DNA from: Lachnospiraceae bacterium
GTDB taxonomy: Bacteria; Bacillota; Clostridia; Lachnospirales; Lachnospiraceae
Assembly (NCBI GenBank): GCA_045131145.1
Contig: JBGUQP010000445.1
Coordinates: 1-34,414, forward strand
Direction: 5' to 3'
Length of the DNA: 34,414 nucleotides
The position numbers were made by a program, and so were the translations under genes. Below the pieces are notes generated by a model. It saw only the letters and a list, made by a program, of their open reading frames with translations. It was not told the DNA's origin and did not search any database. Below, in pieces: positions 7,471-17,794 of the stretch; within the stretch, counting starts at the first letter, position 1; each line of letters begins with the position of its first letter.

Positions 7471-8238
7471 TTATCTGTTCTTACCATATATGATACGGAG
7501 TCCTTCAAGTGTCAGATCCGCATTGTATTCATCTATCATATCGGTCTCATCGGCTATGGCCCGCCCAAGGCCCCCCGTAGCAACAACCTTAAGGTTCTCA
7601 TATCCCGAAGCCTTCTTAAACTGCCTGATAATATACTCGGCCTGTCCTATCTGGCCGTACATAAGGCCCGCCTGCATGGACGTTATTGTGTCCTGAGCCA
7701 TTATTGATTTAGGCTTTACGATCTCAATCTCGGGAAGCTTGGCTGCTCCTTCTGAAAGGGCCTTGGCCGATATCCTTATACCAGGTGCCGTAACCCCGGC
7801 AACGAAGTGTCCTTCAGCGGATACAAGATCATAGGTCGTGGCCGTACCGTAATCAAGCACGAGGACCGGACCGCCGTAGAGCTCATATGCTGCTACCGCA
7901 TCTACTATCCTGTCGGAACCCACTTCTTTGGGATTTGCCGTGTCAATCCTTATACCTGTCTTGGTTCCGGGACCAACGATAAGAGGCTCCAACTTAAAAT
8001 ACTTAACGATGCTGCTCGTGAGCGAATGCATTACACCCGGAACAACGCTTGCAATGATAACACCCTTAATATTCGAAACCTTGATTCCCTGCCTCTCGAT
8101 AAGCTCCTCGAGCAGGGTTCCGTATTCATCGGAAGTACGGGGAAGCTTGGTCGTTATACGGAAGTGCCCCCTCATCTTCTCATTCTCATAAACTCCTATC
8201 GTTATGTTTGTATTTCCTACATCGATAACAAGTAACAT
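7471..8238 (-). CDS. coaX: Type III pantothenate kinase
   Basis: Contains [31 protein letters not shown] and ATGGL. The ATG at 8238 is preceded by GGGAGAGG; the track's start at 8250 is a TTG. Confidence 0.9.
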   Translation of the reverse strand: MLLVIDVGNTNITIGVYENEKMRGHFRITTKLPRTSDEYGTLLEELIERQGIKVSNIKGVIIASVVPGVMHSLTSSIVKYFKLEPLIVGPGTKTGIRIDTANPKEVGSDRIVDAVAAYELYGGPVLVLDYGTATTYDLVSAEGHFVAGVTAPGIRISAKALSEGAAKLPEIEIVKPKSIMAQDTITSMQAGLMYGQIGQAEYIIRQFKKASGYENLKVVATGGLGRAIADETDMIDEYNADLTLEGLRIIYGKNR

Positions 8239-8280
8239 ATCCTCTCCCAATCCCGCCTAAGGGCGCTTATATAAGTACAT

Positions 8281-8631
8281 TTAATCATCTTCTGACAGTA
8301 ATGCTGAAGGATCCTCTTTTAATATAAATACCCTGTAATAAAGGGTTAAGCTCTCCATTAGCTCCTGTTTCTTCCTTAATATCTCCTTAACGAGCAGACC
8401 CGAACTTATCTCGTCATAGAGGATGTCTTCTTCATCAGCATTTGTCTTAATGCTTAAGTTCCCTTCCGGATCGTATTCAAAGGTTACGACCCCGCCCACT
8501 TCCTCGGTAAAGAGAACACATATGATATGAAGGTCATCCTTTATGGATTCGGGAAGGCCGTTAAACTTCTCGTTAAAATAGTATTTTTTTTCGTAAGCAT
8601 TGGCACCGCACAGTACCGTCGTTTCTTCCAT
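8281..8631 (-). CDS. Conserved hypothetical cytoplasmic protein (116 aa, acidic)
   Basis: ORF trimmed to MEETTVLCGANAYEKKYYFNEKFNGLPESIKDDLHIICVLFTEEVGG... From memory it resembles a small protein family widespread in Clostridia, but the family name is not certain. Confidence 0.55.
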   Translation of the reverse strand: MEETTVLCGANAYEKKYYFNEKFNGLPESIKDDLHIICVLFTEEVGGVVTFEYDPEGNLSIKTNADEEDILYDEISSGLLVKEILRKKQELMESLTLYYRVFILKEDPSALLSEDD

Positions 8632-8644
8632 ATTAAGGAATCCT

Positions 8645-8932
8645 TTATAAATTCGTATAACACAGTACTGCAACAGTTCCCAGCAATACCGTCAGCATGG
8701 CGAAGACCACTGCAAATCCTGAACCTGCCCTCACCTTCTTTATACAGTTAAGCAGAGTCAGTATGGCTCCGAAAGCAAATATATGCATCAAATATATACC
8801 CGATACCAGTCCCACCGAAGTAAGCAAGACCATTATGAGTATGGTGGCGGACAGGATCGTATTTATAAGGTCGATCACAAATCCCCGTCCCCGCAGTACA
8901 TTTTTAATATACATTTTTGCTTCTTTATTCAT
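8645..8932 (-). CDS. Small membrane protein (about 95 aa, 3 predicted TM segments). The start is uncertain; 8914 is an alternative.
   Basis: Hydrophobic segments ILSATILIMVLLTSVGLVSGIYLMHIFAFGAILTLL and GFAVVFAMLTVLLGTVAVL. There is no clear SD. Confidence 0.4.
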   Translation of the reverse strand: MNKEAKMYIKNVLRGRGFVIDLINTILSATILIMVLLTSVGLVSGIYLMHIFAFGAILTLLNCIKKVRAGSGFAVVFAMLTVLLGTVAVLCYTNL

Positions 8933-9031
8933 ATTATTATGTAAGAAATACTTCGTATTTCTTTTGAACACGCTCGCCGCTAAGGCATCATAAGGAATCC
9001 ACCGCAAGCGGTACCCCTTATGATATTGATA

Positions 9032-10018
9032 TTACCCAAGTGTGGCTGCCATTACCGCCTTTATCGTATGCATCCTGTTTTCGGCCTCATCAAATACGAC
9101 CTGAGAATACTTCTCAAAGACCTCATCGGTCACTTCCATCTCTGTAAGGTTAAACTTCTCACCCATCTCCCTGCCTATCTCGGTCTTAAGATCATGGAAG
9201 GCCGGCAGACAATGTAAAAAGATAGCATTCTTTTTCGCATGGTTCATGATGTCCATGGTCACCTTATAAGGAGTAAGATCTTTTATCCTCTCCTCCCATA
9301 CTTCTTCAGGCTCACCCATGGATACCCATACATCTGTATATATAACATCGGCATCCCTAACGGCCTCATAAGCATCTTCGATAAAGTCAACCGTACCGCC
9401 GCTTATCTCGCAGAATCCCTTACATTCCTCTATAAGCTCCGGATTCGGGAAATACTTCTTAGGAGCCGCCGCAACAAAATGCATGCCCATCTTCGAACAG
9501 GTCACCATCAGGGAATTACCCATGTTGTATCTTGCATCACCCATATATACAAGCTTACGGCCTTCAAGTGAGCCAAGGTGTTCACGGATCGTAAGAAGGT
9601 CAGCTAACATCTGTGTGGGATGATATTCATTGGTAAGCCCGTTCCATACGGGTACTTCGGCATATTTAGCCAGTTCCTCGACCTTCTCCTGGCCGTATCC
9701 CCTGTATTCTATACCGTCAAACATCCTCGAGAGGACACGTGCGGTATCAGCAAATGACTCTTTCTTGCCTATCTGGGCACTCTTGGGTTCAAGATAGGTG
9801 GTTCCTATACCCATATCATGAGCCGCAACCTCAAATGAACACCTGGTCCTGGTGCTGGTTTTCTCAAATATAAGGGCAACATTCTTACCAGTATATACAC
9901 GGTCGAAGATACCCCTCTTCTTCTTGTCCTTAAGCTCAGCTGCCAAATCAAGAAATTCCAGTATCTCCTCCTTGGTAAAATCCTTAAGTGTTAAAAAATC
10001 ACGGCCCTTAAGACTCAT
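9032..10018 (-). CDS. argF: Ornithine carbamoyltransferase
   Basis: Contains FEKTSTRTRCSFE, HPTQMLADL, DVWVSMGE and HCLPAFHD, the signature motifs of the OTCase/ATCase family with OTCase-type residues. Confidence 0.9.
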   Translation of the reverse strand: MSLKGRDFLTLKDFTKEEILEFLDLAAELKDKKKRGIFDRVYTGKNVALIFEKTSTRTRCSFEVAAHDMGIGTTYLEPKSAQIGKKESFADTARVLSRMFDGIEYRGYGQEKVEELAKYAEVPVWNGLTNEYHPTQMLADLLTIREHLGSLEGRKLVYMGDARYNMGNSLMVTCSKMGMHFVAAAPKKYFPNPELIEECKGFCEISGGTVDFIEDAYEAVRDADVIYTDVWVSMGEPEEVWEERIKDLTPYKVTMDIMNHAKKNAIFLHCLPAFHDLKTEIGREMGEKFNLTEMEVTDEVFEKYSQVVFDEAENRMHTIKAVMAATLG

Positions 10019-10073
10019 ATCGATCCACCTTCCCTGATGATATTGAAAATAAAAAAGATAGAGTTAATATTAC

Positions 10074-10107
10074 ACTAAAACAAAAGGTGGTGCAATATGC
10101 ACCACCT
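10074..10107 (-). terminator. Rho-independent terminator after the cell-wall hydrolase gene
   Basis: The minus strand reads AGGTGGTGCA-TAT-TGCACCACCT followed by TTTTGTTTT. Confidence 0.8.
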
Positions 10108-10162
10108 GAATTTCAATTATTTATCGTAAGGGATCCACCACTTAGTGATACCCTTATGGCAT

Positions 10163-11386
10163 TTACCAGAATACATGGTTTCCGATAACCTGTCCCTGGT
10201 ATCCCGAACTTACCGGCCTGAACCTTACGGCTCCGCCTACATATGATGTACCTGCTAAAGCTGCCTGAGCTGCCTGTACACATATTGCCTTGGGACCCTG
10301 TGCACATATCTGAGCCACCTTACCCGATCCTGCCGGTGAGAACTGGCCCTTTGCATATATTACCGAATACAGGGAATTACCGAACCTTCCGGTACGAAGC
10401 CTGTTCATTACCACATTACCAACGGCAACCTGGCCTTCGAAAGGCTCATATCCCGCCTCACTCTGGATAAGCGATGCAAGAAGTGTCAGATCATCATATG
10501 ATGCTGCTGCCACATTGCTTGCTACAGTTACGGCTTCACCTGATGAAGGAGCTGATGAAGAACCTCCGCTCTTTTGAGCCGTATTGCTGTCTACAGCTTC
10601 CCTTGCCTTCTTATCGGCTTCTTCCTTAGCCCTTATCGACTCAATGGTCTCGCCCTTGCCGATCCAGTCCTCTATATCAACGTATTCGCTTGAAACGTAA
10701 CCTACGGTTCCGTCAGAGAACTCAACAGATACCCAGTCACCAAGATCCTCAACTACTTCGATCGTATCTCCTTCAGCAAGCAGATCGTAAATACCTGCAT
10801 CCTGACTGGCTTCCTTCCTTACTCTTAAACAGGAAGTCTTGGAGGTGGCAACCTTCTGTACTGCCGAATCAGCTAACCTCTTGGCATCTGCATCAAACAG
10901 GAGATAATCGTTCTTGACCCAGCCTGTAACCTTACCTGTTTCGATCTTGGTCCAGCCCTGGCCCCTCTCGAGTATCTTACCTGCACATTCTTTATATAAT
11001 TTTCCTACGATGTCCGATTCCTCCGATGATGAAGCCCTGATATTAACAGCCTCCTCAACATTGGCCATTGCAAGGTCCTTATAGCTTATACCTGCAATCT
11101 CTCCGGACAGATCTACAGCAGTAGATCCCGTTTCATTTCCTTGTTCATCGATCCTGATATCAATCGAACTTCCGGCAGTTTCGCCTACCTTGATATCAAT
11201 GGTCGAATCCGACCCTTTACTTACAGATGCGGTATCCTTGACCGTCATCTTGGCAGAAGCAACTGTATACGATTTGGTTATCGTTTTCCCCGTCGCCCAA
11301 ACATTCTGCATACTCCCCTGCGTTATGACTGCTACGACTACCCACGCCGTCACTGCCGCCATAAAAGCATGCATTCTGTTTTTCAT
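10163..11386 (-). CDS. Secreted cell-wall hydrolase: signal peptide, SH3-like repeats, and a C-terminal SleB/CwlJ-type (Hydrolase_2) domain
   Basis: The N-terminal signal is MKNRMHAFMAAVTAWVVVAVITQG. SH3b-like segments are VNIRASSSEESDIVGKLYKECAGKILERGQGWTKIETGKVTGWV and LRVRKEASQDAGIYDLLAEGDTIEVVEDLGDWVSVEF. The C-terminus reads LLASLIQSEAGYEPFEGQVAVGNVVMNRLRTGRFGNSLYSVIYAKGQFSP. Confidence 0.85.
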   Translation of the reverse strand: MKNRMHAFMAAVTAWVVVAVITQGSMQNVWATGKTITKSYTVASAKMTVKDTASVSKGSDSTIDIKVGETAGSSIDIRIDEQGNETGSTAVDLSGEIAGISYKDLAMANVEEAVNIRASSSEESDIVGKLYKECAGKILERGQGWTKIETGKVTGWVKNDYLLFDADAKRLADSAVQKVATSKTSCLRVRKEASQDAGIYDLLAEGDTIEVVEDLGDWVSVEFSDGTVGYVSSEYVDIEDWIGKGETIESIRAKEEADKKAREAVDSNTAQKSGGSSSAPSSGEAVTVASNVAAASYDDLTLLASLIQSEAGYEPFEGQVAVGNVVMNRLRTGRFGNSLYSVIYAKGQFSPAGSGKVAQICAQGPKAICVQAAQAALAGTSYVGGAVRFRPVSSGYQGQVIGNHVFW

Positions 11387-11501
11387 TTTTCCTGCTCCTT
11401 ATTAATGACCCAATCCCATAAATTGTGGTTCCCCTTAATACCTATACCACATGATGTGATTTGTTACAAAACTGTTACAATTTTAGGGGTCATCGACCTA
11501 T

Positions 11502-11530
11502 ACTATAGCAGGAAAAAATAAAAATGTCAA
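11502..11530 (-). promoter_or_regulatory. Candidate sigma-A promoter (TTGACA-17-TATAGT) for the hydrolase gene
   Basis: On the minus strand, TTGACA is at 11530-11525 and TATAGT at 11507-11502. This leaves a leader of roughly 110 nt. Confidence 0.5.
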
Positions 11531-11554
11531 ATATTTGTAATTAAAATGTAATAA

Positions 11555-12346
11555 TTACAGGCTTCTCGATTTATCGGCACATGCCCTTTCGGCTTCTATG
11601 ACTGCCGACCTGAAGCCCATATTTTCAAGAACCGCTACCGCATCAATGGTAGTTCCGCCCGGCGAACATACCATGTCCTTAAGATCTGCGGGATGCCTGC
11701 CTGTCTCAAGTACCATCTTCGCACTTCCAAGTACTGCCTGGGCGGCCATCTCATAGGCCGTCTTCCTGGGAAGGCCCTCTGCAACCGCACCGTCAGCCAT
11801 GGCTTCTATGAGCATGAATACATAAGCAGGCGAAGATCCGCTGACTGCAACCACGGCATCCATCTGGGCCTCGCTCACCTCATAAGCCCTGCCGAAAGAA
11901 TTAAGTATCGTAAGGACTCTCTTAAATTCATAATCAGTGACCAGCTCGTTACGGCATACTCCTGTGCATCCTTCTCCAACAAGTGCGGGGGTGTTGGGCA
12001 TGCATCTTACAAGCTTAACCGGCTTACCGTATTTTTCCCTAAGCCAGGCTAAAGTTTTGCCGGGTGCAATGGATATGATGACCGTATTATCATCTATGCT
12101 GTCCTTTATATCCTCGATAACAGCTTCATATACCTGGGGTTTTACCGATGTCACAAGTATGTCGGCCTCTGCCGCCTCTTTATTTGAGCCTGCTGCCTTA
12201 ATGCCAAACTTCTTAACTATCTCCTCTGTTCTCTCATGGCTTGCATCAGCTCCCGATATTTCCGAGGCTTCAACCACATGATTGGCGATTATCCCTCCTA
12301 TCATGGCACTCCCCATGTTTCCAAGTCCGATAAATCCTATCTGCAT
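11555..12346 (-). CDS. proC: Pyrroline-5-carboxylate reductase
   Basis: Contains IGFIGLGNMGSAMIGG (Rossmann fold) and the P5CR C-terminal motif VCSPGGTTIDAVAVLE. Confidence 0.9.
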   Translation of the reverse strand: MQIGFIGLGNMGSAMIGGIIANHVVEASEISGADASHERTEEIVKKFGIKAAGSNKEAAEADILVTSVKPQVYEAVIEDIKDSIDDNTVIISIAPGKTLAWLREKYGKPVKLVRCMPNTPALVGEGCTGVCRNELVTDYEFKRVLTILNSFGRAYEVSEAQMDAVVAVSGSSPAYVFMLIEAMADGAVAEGLPRKTAYEMAAQAVLGSAKMVLETGRHPADLKDMVCSPGGTTIDAVAVLENMGFRSAVIEAERACADKSRSL

Positions 12347-12360
12347 TTTCTCTTCCTCCC

Positions 12361-13182
12361 TTATGATAACTTATACATCATAACTGCTGCCGCGACCGCT
12401 GCATTGAGCGACTCCACCTGTCCCTTCATTGGGATCCTTACAAGCTCATCTGCCTTTTTTGATATCTCCACGCTAAGACCTGCTGCCTCATTACCTATCA
12501 TCACGGCCAACCTGTTACCGTAATCCACTCTTTTCGTTAAGTCTTGTCCGTTTAAGTGGGCAGCCAGAAACTTAACTCCCTCCTTCTTAAGAAGGTCAAT
12601 ATCCTTATTAAGATCTGCACTGTATATGACAGGAACCCGGTAGATCGACCCCATGGTCGACCTTATGACCTTGGGATTGTATACATCCACGGTACCTTCG
12701 CTCGCCAGCATAAAGTCATAGCCTGCTGCCTCCATGGTCCTTATCATGGTCCCAAGGTTCCCCGGATCCCTTATGTTCTCAACAACCAAAACCCTAAGGT
12801 CACCTTCCTTATGGTCTAGGACCATTTTTTCTATATCTTGTGGGGCATTTTCGATAACACACAATATTCCCTGAGGGGTCACTGTGTCCGAAATCTTATT
12901 AAAGACTTTATCATTGACTGTCTCATATCCGCTGTTCTTTAGTTTATTTAAGCATTCCCTGTATAAGTCCGACTCAGGATCCGATCTCTTATTTTTGGTA
13001 ACGTGTGTGATTTTATCAAGAAGACCTTCATTTACGTATACTTCCCTAATACGTGCTAAAGGCGCCTCGATGAACATCTTAACGCCTTCAGCTACGAATG
13101 CATTCTGCTCACGCCGCGCCTTACTGCCTGTACATAACTTTATTATATTCTTTATCTTATTGTTGGTCGTACTCGTTATCAT
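12361..13182 (-). CDS. TrmH/SpoU-family RNA 2'-O-methyltransferase (RlmB-like, with an N-terminal substrate-binding domain)
   Basis: SpoU motifs VVENIRDPGNLGTMIRT, MIGNEAAGLS and PMKGQVESLNAAVAAAVMMY. Confidence 0.85.
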   Translation of the reverse strand: MITSTTNNKIKNIIKLCTGSKARREQNAFVAEGVKMFIEAPLARIREVYVNEGLLDKITHVTKNKRSDPESDLYRECLNKLKNSGYETVNDKVFNKISDTVTPQGILCVIENAPQDIEKMVLDHKEGDLRVLVVENIRDPGNLGTMIRTMEAAGYDFMLASEGTVDVYNPKVIRSTMGSIYRVPVIYSADLNKDIDLLKKEGVKFLAAHLNGQDLTKRVDYGNRLAVMIGNEAAGLSVEISKKADELVRIPMKGQVESLNAAVAAAVMMYKLS

Positions 13183-13184
13183 TG

Positions 13185-14159
13185 CTAAATGCTCAGTGAC
13201 TTGGTTACCTCATACTCGTATTCGGGAATATCCTTCTGCATTGCCAGTGCTTCATCAATATCAAAATCACAATACTCGCCGTGCTTGTATCCCACTACCC
13301 TGTTGGTCTTGCCCGCACACAAAAGATCTGCCGCATAGGCACCCATCATGGAAGCATAGTAGCGGTCCTTACAGGTGGGTGATCCGCCGCGCTGCATATA
13401 CCCTAAGATCGTTGCCCTTGTCTCAACACCTGTTGCTGCTTCTATCCTTCTTGCCATGGATGTTGAATGTCCTATACCCTCCGCATTTATTATAAGATGA
13501 TGGGTCTTACCCTTCTTGCGGTTGTTTATGATATTGTTGATTATCTCCTGCTCCTTGTACTGGTATTTCTCGGGAAGAAGGATATCCTCGGCACCCGATG
13601 CAACACCGCACCAAAGGGCTATGTAACCGGCGTTCCTTCCCATAACCTCTATGATGGAGCATCTCTCATGGGATGATGATGTATCCCTTACCTTATCTAT
13701 TGCCTCCATGGCTGTATTGACCGCAGTATCAAAACCTATCGTATAATCGGTGCAGGCAATGTCAAGGTCTATAGTTCCCGGTATTCCTATGGTATTTATC
13801 CCATGAGCAGCAAGAGCCTGGGCACCACGGTATGACCCGTCACCACCTATGACAACAAGGCCGTCGATACCGTATTTATGACATATATCAGCACCTTTCT
13901 TCTGACCTTCCTCTGTCTTGAATTCCTCACACCTTGCGGTACGAAGGATCGTACCTCCCTTTTGGATGATATCCGATACATCCCTTGGGCTCATCTCATT
14001 TAACTCCTCGTTAAGGAGTCCCTGATAACCCTTCTGTATTCCTATCACCTTTTTACCGCTTGCAATGGACCTGCGCACTACCGCCCTTATCGCTGCGTTC
14101 ATGCCGGGTGCATCGCCTCCGCTTGTAAGGACTGCAACCGTTTTGATCTCTTTAGCCAT
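13185..14159 (-). CDS. pfkA: ATP-dependent 6-phosphofructokinase
   Basis: Contains VLTSGGDAPGMNAAIRAVVR, VVIGGDGSYRGA, IPGTIDLDI and LGYMQRGG. Confidence 0.95.
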   Translation of the reverse strand: MAKEIKTVAVLTSGGDAPGMNAAIRAVVRRSIASGKKVIGIQKGYQGLLNEELNEMSPRDVSDIIQKGGTILRTARCEEFKTEEGQKKGADICHKYGIDGLVVIGGDGSYRGAQALAAHGINTIGIPGTIDLDIACTDYTIGFDTAVNTAMEAIDKVRDTSSSHERCSIIEVMGRNAGYIALWCGVASGAEDILLPEKYQYKEQEIINNIINNRKKGKTHHLIINAEGIGHSTSMARRIEAATGVETRATILGYMQRGGSPTCKDRYYASMMGAYAADLLCAGKTNRVVGYKHGEYCDFDIDEALAMQKDIPEYEYEVTKSLSI

Positions 14160-14212
14160 GAGTTTTCCCTCCTAAAGTACCCTTATTGATTATCATACTT
14201 CATTTGCGCTTT

Positions 14213-17200
14213 TCAGACAACCTTAACATTGCCTTCCCCGAAAATACCTTCAAGCTTACCGGTAAGCTCTTCATCCGCGCGAACGCTGTAGCGGCCTGTA
14301 AGTTCCTTCTTCTGTTTAGTTTCTTCTATATATATTACCACGATATCATGACCATCCGATTCTTCGATCGCCTTATAGAGCTCATCCTGTCTTTTTGTGA
14401 AGTCCTCTCTGGTCTTTATCCTTATCCACAGCTTCCTCGGCATTCTCTCAAAGGGGACCACCTGCTCACAGATGACCTTGGCATCCTTCTCCTCTTCAAC
14501 CGAAGCTCTTCCCTTTATGAACACCTTACAGTCTTCCCTAAGATACTCACCGTTTTTCTCATAATCGGTGGGCCATACGATGACCTCGACTGTTCCTAAC
14601 AGGTCTTCAAGACTTAAAAAGGCCATCTTTTTACCGTTCTTGGTGTATTTTATGGTGGCTGTCTCTATAACCCCGCCGACCGTGACTTTGGCATTATCCC
14701 CTACTTTTACCGTTTTTGTTTCCTCATCATAGGCAAAATCGATCGTCGTATTGGTAACATTCTTACGCCACATACCCTCGTATTCATCAAGAGGATGTCC
14801 GCTTACATAAATGCCCAGTATTTCCTTTTCAAAGGCAAGCAGTTCATCCTTTTCATACTCTCCGATCTCCGGCATCTTTAACTCGTAGTCTTCCTTATCT
14901 TCATCGGGTATGATGTCAAAAAGGGACATCTGTCCGGCATAACCTGACTTCTTCTCACTTGCTATGGAATCCATGATCTGGGAATAAACAGCCATCTTCT
15001 GTCTGCGGGTACCGGGAAGGCTGTCCATGGCTCCTGCCTTAATAAAGTTTTCTATTATCCTCTTATTAACGTCACCCGATAAGCGGTCTATGAAGTCTTT
15101 AAGGCTTCTGAAGGGTCCGTTTTCATTTCTGTTAGATACTATGCCCTCGATCACGGGCCAGCCTACTCCCTTTATGGAAGCTAGACCGTACCTTATATCA
15201 TTTCCGGATACTGAAAAACCCGCCACACCTTCATTAATATCGGGCGGCAGGATCCTAATGCCCATGGATTTGCATGTATATATATAGAAGGAAACCTTAT
15301 TGAAGTTATCTATGACCGAGGTCATTAGGGCAGCCATAAACTCAACCGGATAATAATGCTTAAGCCAGGCCGTCTGGTAGGCGACCACGGCATATGCAGC
15401 TGCATGGGATTTATTGAAGGCGTACTTGGCGAAGTCCATCATCTCGTCATATATATGGTTGGCAACAGATTCGCTTATCCCTTTAGATACGCAGCCGGGA
15501 ACCCCTTCCTCTGCATTTCCGTAAACGAAGTTCTTCCTCTCCTTCTCCATGACTGACTGCTTCTTCTTGCTCATGGCACGCCTTACAAGGTCGCTCCTTC
15601 CGAGTGTATATCCGCCAAGATCACGCACTATCTGCATAACCTGTTCCTGGTATACTATACAGCCATAGGTAGGTTTAAGTATCGGTTCAAGCTGAGGACA
15701 GTCATAGGTTATGGTGTTCGTTGCATTCTTGCCCTTTATATACTGGGGAATAAAATCCATAGGACCCGGCCTGTAGAGGGATATGCCCGCTATTATATCC
15801 TCCATGGACTTAGGCTTAAGTTCCTTCATGAAGGATTTCATTCCTCCGCTCTCAAGCTGGAAGATGCCGTCGGTCTTTCCTGTCCCTATATATTCAAATA
15901 CTTCTTTATCATCATAGTCGATGGAAGCCATATCAATAACCCTGCCTTCACTTTCCCCGGCAAGTCTTGATGCTTCTTTTATGACTTCAAGATTCCTAAG
16001 ACCCAAAAAATCCATCTTAAGAAGGCCTAACTCCTCAAGTGTTGTCATGACATACTGGGTGGTTATGGTACCGTCCGATCCCCTTGATAAAGGTACGTAT
16101 TCATCCGCTGCTTCAGGACAGATGACAACTCCCGCAGCATGCATGGACGTATTCCTCGGAAGGCCTTCAAGCCTCATGCACATGTCTATGAGTTTTCTGG
16201 CCTGGTCATCACCATCGTAGGTCTTTTTAAGATCCTGTCCGTAATCAAGTGCCTTCTGAAGAGTGATGTTTAACTCGTTAGGTACCTGCTTGGCAAGGGA
16301 GTCACAATAAGAATAGGGCAGATCCATGGCCCTTCCCACATCTCTTATAACGCCTTTCGCTCCCATGGTACCGAATGTTACGATCTGGACCACCTTCTCC
16401 TTGCCGTACTTCTCCACTACATAATCTATGACCTTCTGCCTGCCTACCGGTTCAAAGTCAATATCTATATCGGGCATAGTCACGCGTTCGGGATTAAGGA
16501 AGCGCTCAAAGAGAAGATTATATCTTATAGGCTCTACATCTGTTATTTTAAGGCAGTAGGATACAATACTGCCTGCAGCCGATCCACGACCCGGTCCTAC
16601 CGCAACATCATGGGTCTTGCCGTAATTTATGAAGTCCCACACTATAAGGAAATAGTCTACAAAGCCCATTGTATTTATGGTGTCAAGCTCATACTCGAGC
16701 CTGTCCTTAAGCTCTTCTTCCCTTCCGGGATAGCGCTCTGAAAGTCCCTTAAAACAGAGTTCCCTTAAATATTCATATGAGGTGTAACCCCCCGGGATAT
16801 CAAAATGAGGGAGCTTATAGGATCCGAATTCTATTTCTACATTACACCTGTCGGCAATCTTCTGTGTATTTTCCAGAGCTTCAAGAGCATAGGGGAAGAG
16901 AGCCTTCATCTCTTCTTCCGATTTTACATAGAACTGACCTCCCTCGTAGCGAAGCCTGTCTTCATCCTGGACCTTTTTGCCGGTCTGGATACACAAAAGG
17001 ATATCGTGGCTCTCCGCATCTTCCGCATAGGTGTAATGAACATCATTGGTAGCGATAAGGGGGATGTTTAATTCCCTGCTCATACGCAGTAGGTCCGTGT
17101 TTACATTCTTCTGATCCAGAATACCGTGATCCTGAAGCTCCAGAAAGTAATTGCCTTCACCAAATATCTCCAAGTGCTTAATGGCTGCCTCTTTTGCCTC

Positions 17201-17659
17201 ATCATACAGTCCCTTGGCAAGGAGTCTCTGGACTTCTCCTGCAAGACAGGCTGATGAGCATATGATACCCTCATGGAATTCCCTTAATACATCCATGTCA
17301 ACCCTGGGCCTGTAGTAGAATCCTTCAGTAAAACCACGGCTTACTATTTTGCAGAGATTTAAATAACCCTTGTTATTTTCTGCCAGCAGGATAAGATGAT
17401 GATATCTGTCATCTCCGGGGCTTGCTTCCTTATCAAACCTGCTGCCGGGTGCCACATAGATCTCGCAGCCTATGACCGGCTTGATACCGGCTTCCCTTGC
17501 AGCCCTGTAGAAGTCAATAACCCCATACATTACACCATGATCGGTAATGGCTGCGGCATTCATCCCCAGCTCTTTTACTCTCAGTACGTATTCCTTTATT
17601 TTGTTGGACCCGTCAAGGAGCGAGTACTCCGTGTGGGTATGCAGATGAACAAATGACAT
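14213..17659 (-). CDS. dnaE: DNA polymerase III alpha subunit (DnaE type)
   Basis: 1148 aa. It has an N-terminal PHP domain (FVHLHTHTEYSLLDG), a palm/fingers region (PDIDIDF, LKMDFLGLRNL, FNKSHAAAYA) and a C-terminal OB fold. Confidence 0.95.
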   Translation of the reverse strand: MSFVHLHTHTEYSLLDGSNKIKEYVLRVKELGMNAAAITDHGVMYGVIDFYRAAREAGIKPVIGCEIYVAPGSRFDKEASPGDDRYHHLILLAENNKGYLNLCKIVSRGFTEGFYYRPRVDMDVLREFHEGIICSSACLAGEVQRLLAKGLYDEAKEAAIKHLEIFGEGNYFLELQDHGILDQKNVNTDLLRMSRELNIPLIATNDVHYTYAEDAESHDILLCIQTGKKVQDEDRLRYEGGQFYVKSEEEMKALFPYALEALENTQKIADRCNVEIEFGSYKLPHFDIPGGYTSYEYLRELCFKGLSERYPGREEELKDRLEYELDTINTMGFVDYFLIVWDFINYGKTHDVAVGPGRGSAAGSIVSYCLKITDVEPIRYNLLFERFLNPERVTMPDIDIDFEPVGRQKVIDYVVEKYGKEKVVQIVTFGTMGAKGVIRDVGRAMDLPYSYCDSLAKQVPNELNITLQKALDYGQDLKKTYDGDDQARKLIDMCMRLEGLPRNTSMHAAGVVICPEAADEYVPLSRGSDGTITTQYVMTTLEELGLLKMDFLGLRNLEVIKEASRLAGESEGRVIDMASIDYDDKEVFEYIGTGKTDGIFQLESGGMKSFMKELKPKSMEDIIAGISLYRPGPMDFIPQYIKGKNATNTITYDCPQLEPILKPTYGCIVYQEQVMQIVRDLGGYTLGRSDLVRRAMSKKKQSVMEKERKNFVYGNAEEGVPGCVSKGISESVANHIYDEMMDFAKYAFNKSHAAAYAVVAYQTAWLKHYYPVEFMAALMTSVIDNFNKVSFYIYTCKSMGIRILPPDINEGVAGFSVSGNDIRYGLASIKGVGWPVIEGIVSNRNENGPFRSLKDFIDRLSGDVNKRIIENFIKAGAMDSLPGTRRQKMAVYSQIMDSIASEKKSGYAGQMSLFDIIPDEDKEDYELKMPEIGEYEKDELLAFEKEILGIYVSGHPLDEYEGMWRKNVTNTTIDFAYDEETKTVKVGDNAKVTVGGVIETATIKYTKNGKKMAFLSLEDLLGTVEVIVWPTDYEKNGEYLREDCKVFIKGRASVEEEKDAKVICEQVVPFERMPRKLWIRIKTREDFTKRQDELYKAIEESDGHDIVVIYIEETKQKKELTGRYSVRADEELTGKLEGIFGEGNVKVV

Positions 17660-17707
17660 AACTATCTCCGACTGATTTTCTACTAATTATAATATCACAA
17701 GATCAGA

Positions 17708-17751
17708 GCAAAAGACAGAAGAAGCGTTCTGCCTTTTTCGCAGAACGCTTC
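17708..17751 (-). terminator. Rho-independent terminator after metK
   Basis: The minus strand reads GAAGCGTTCTGC-GAAAAAG-GCAGAACGCTTC followed by TTCTGTCTTTTG. Confidence 0.75.
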
Positions 17752-17794
17752 TCTCCAAAATGTTTAATCATGATTTGTTAAGTCGTGTTTAAAC

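Noticed and set aside
10019-10073. ArgR operator (ARG box) upstream of argF.
   Set aside because: The region is AT-rich, but I could not align a convincing TGAATAnnnnATTCA-like palindrome.
11387-11495. c-di-AMP (ydaO-type) riboswitch upstream of the cell-wall hydrolase gene.
   Set aside because: The context would fit and the leader contains AAGGGGAACCA. However, the leader is too short and lacks the other conserved blocks I recall (GGGGUGAAUC, CCGAA, AGCUAACCUCGUA).
12884-13495. A 203-aa plus-strand ORF, and many other 60-157-aa ORFs antisense to known genes (for example 26631..27062, 27075..27548, 22661..23203, 5259..5717).
   Set aside because: They lie entirely antisense to well-supported conserved genes. 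Their composition is low-complexity or Ser/Leu/Pro-rich, which is typical of antisense frames. They have no SD or start context and no recognisable motifs.
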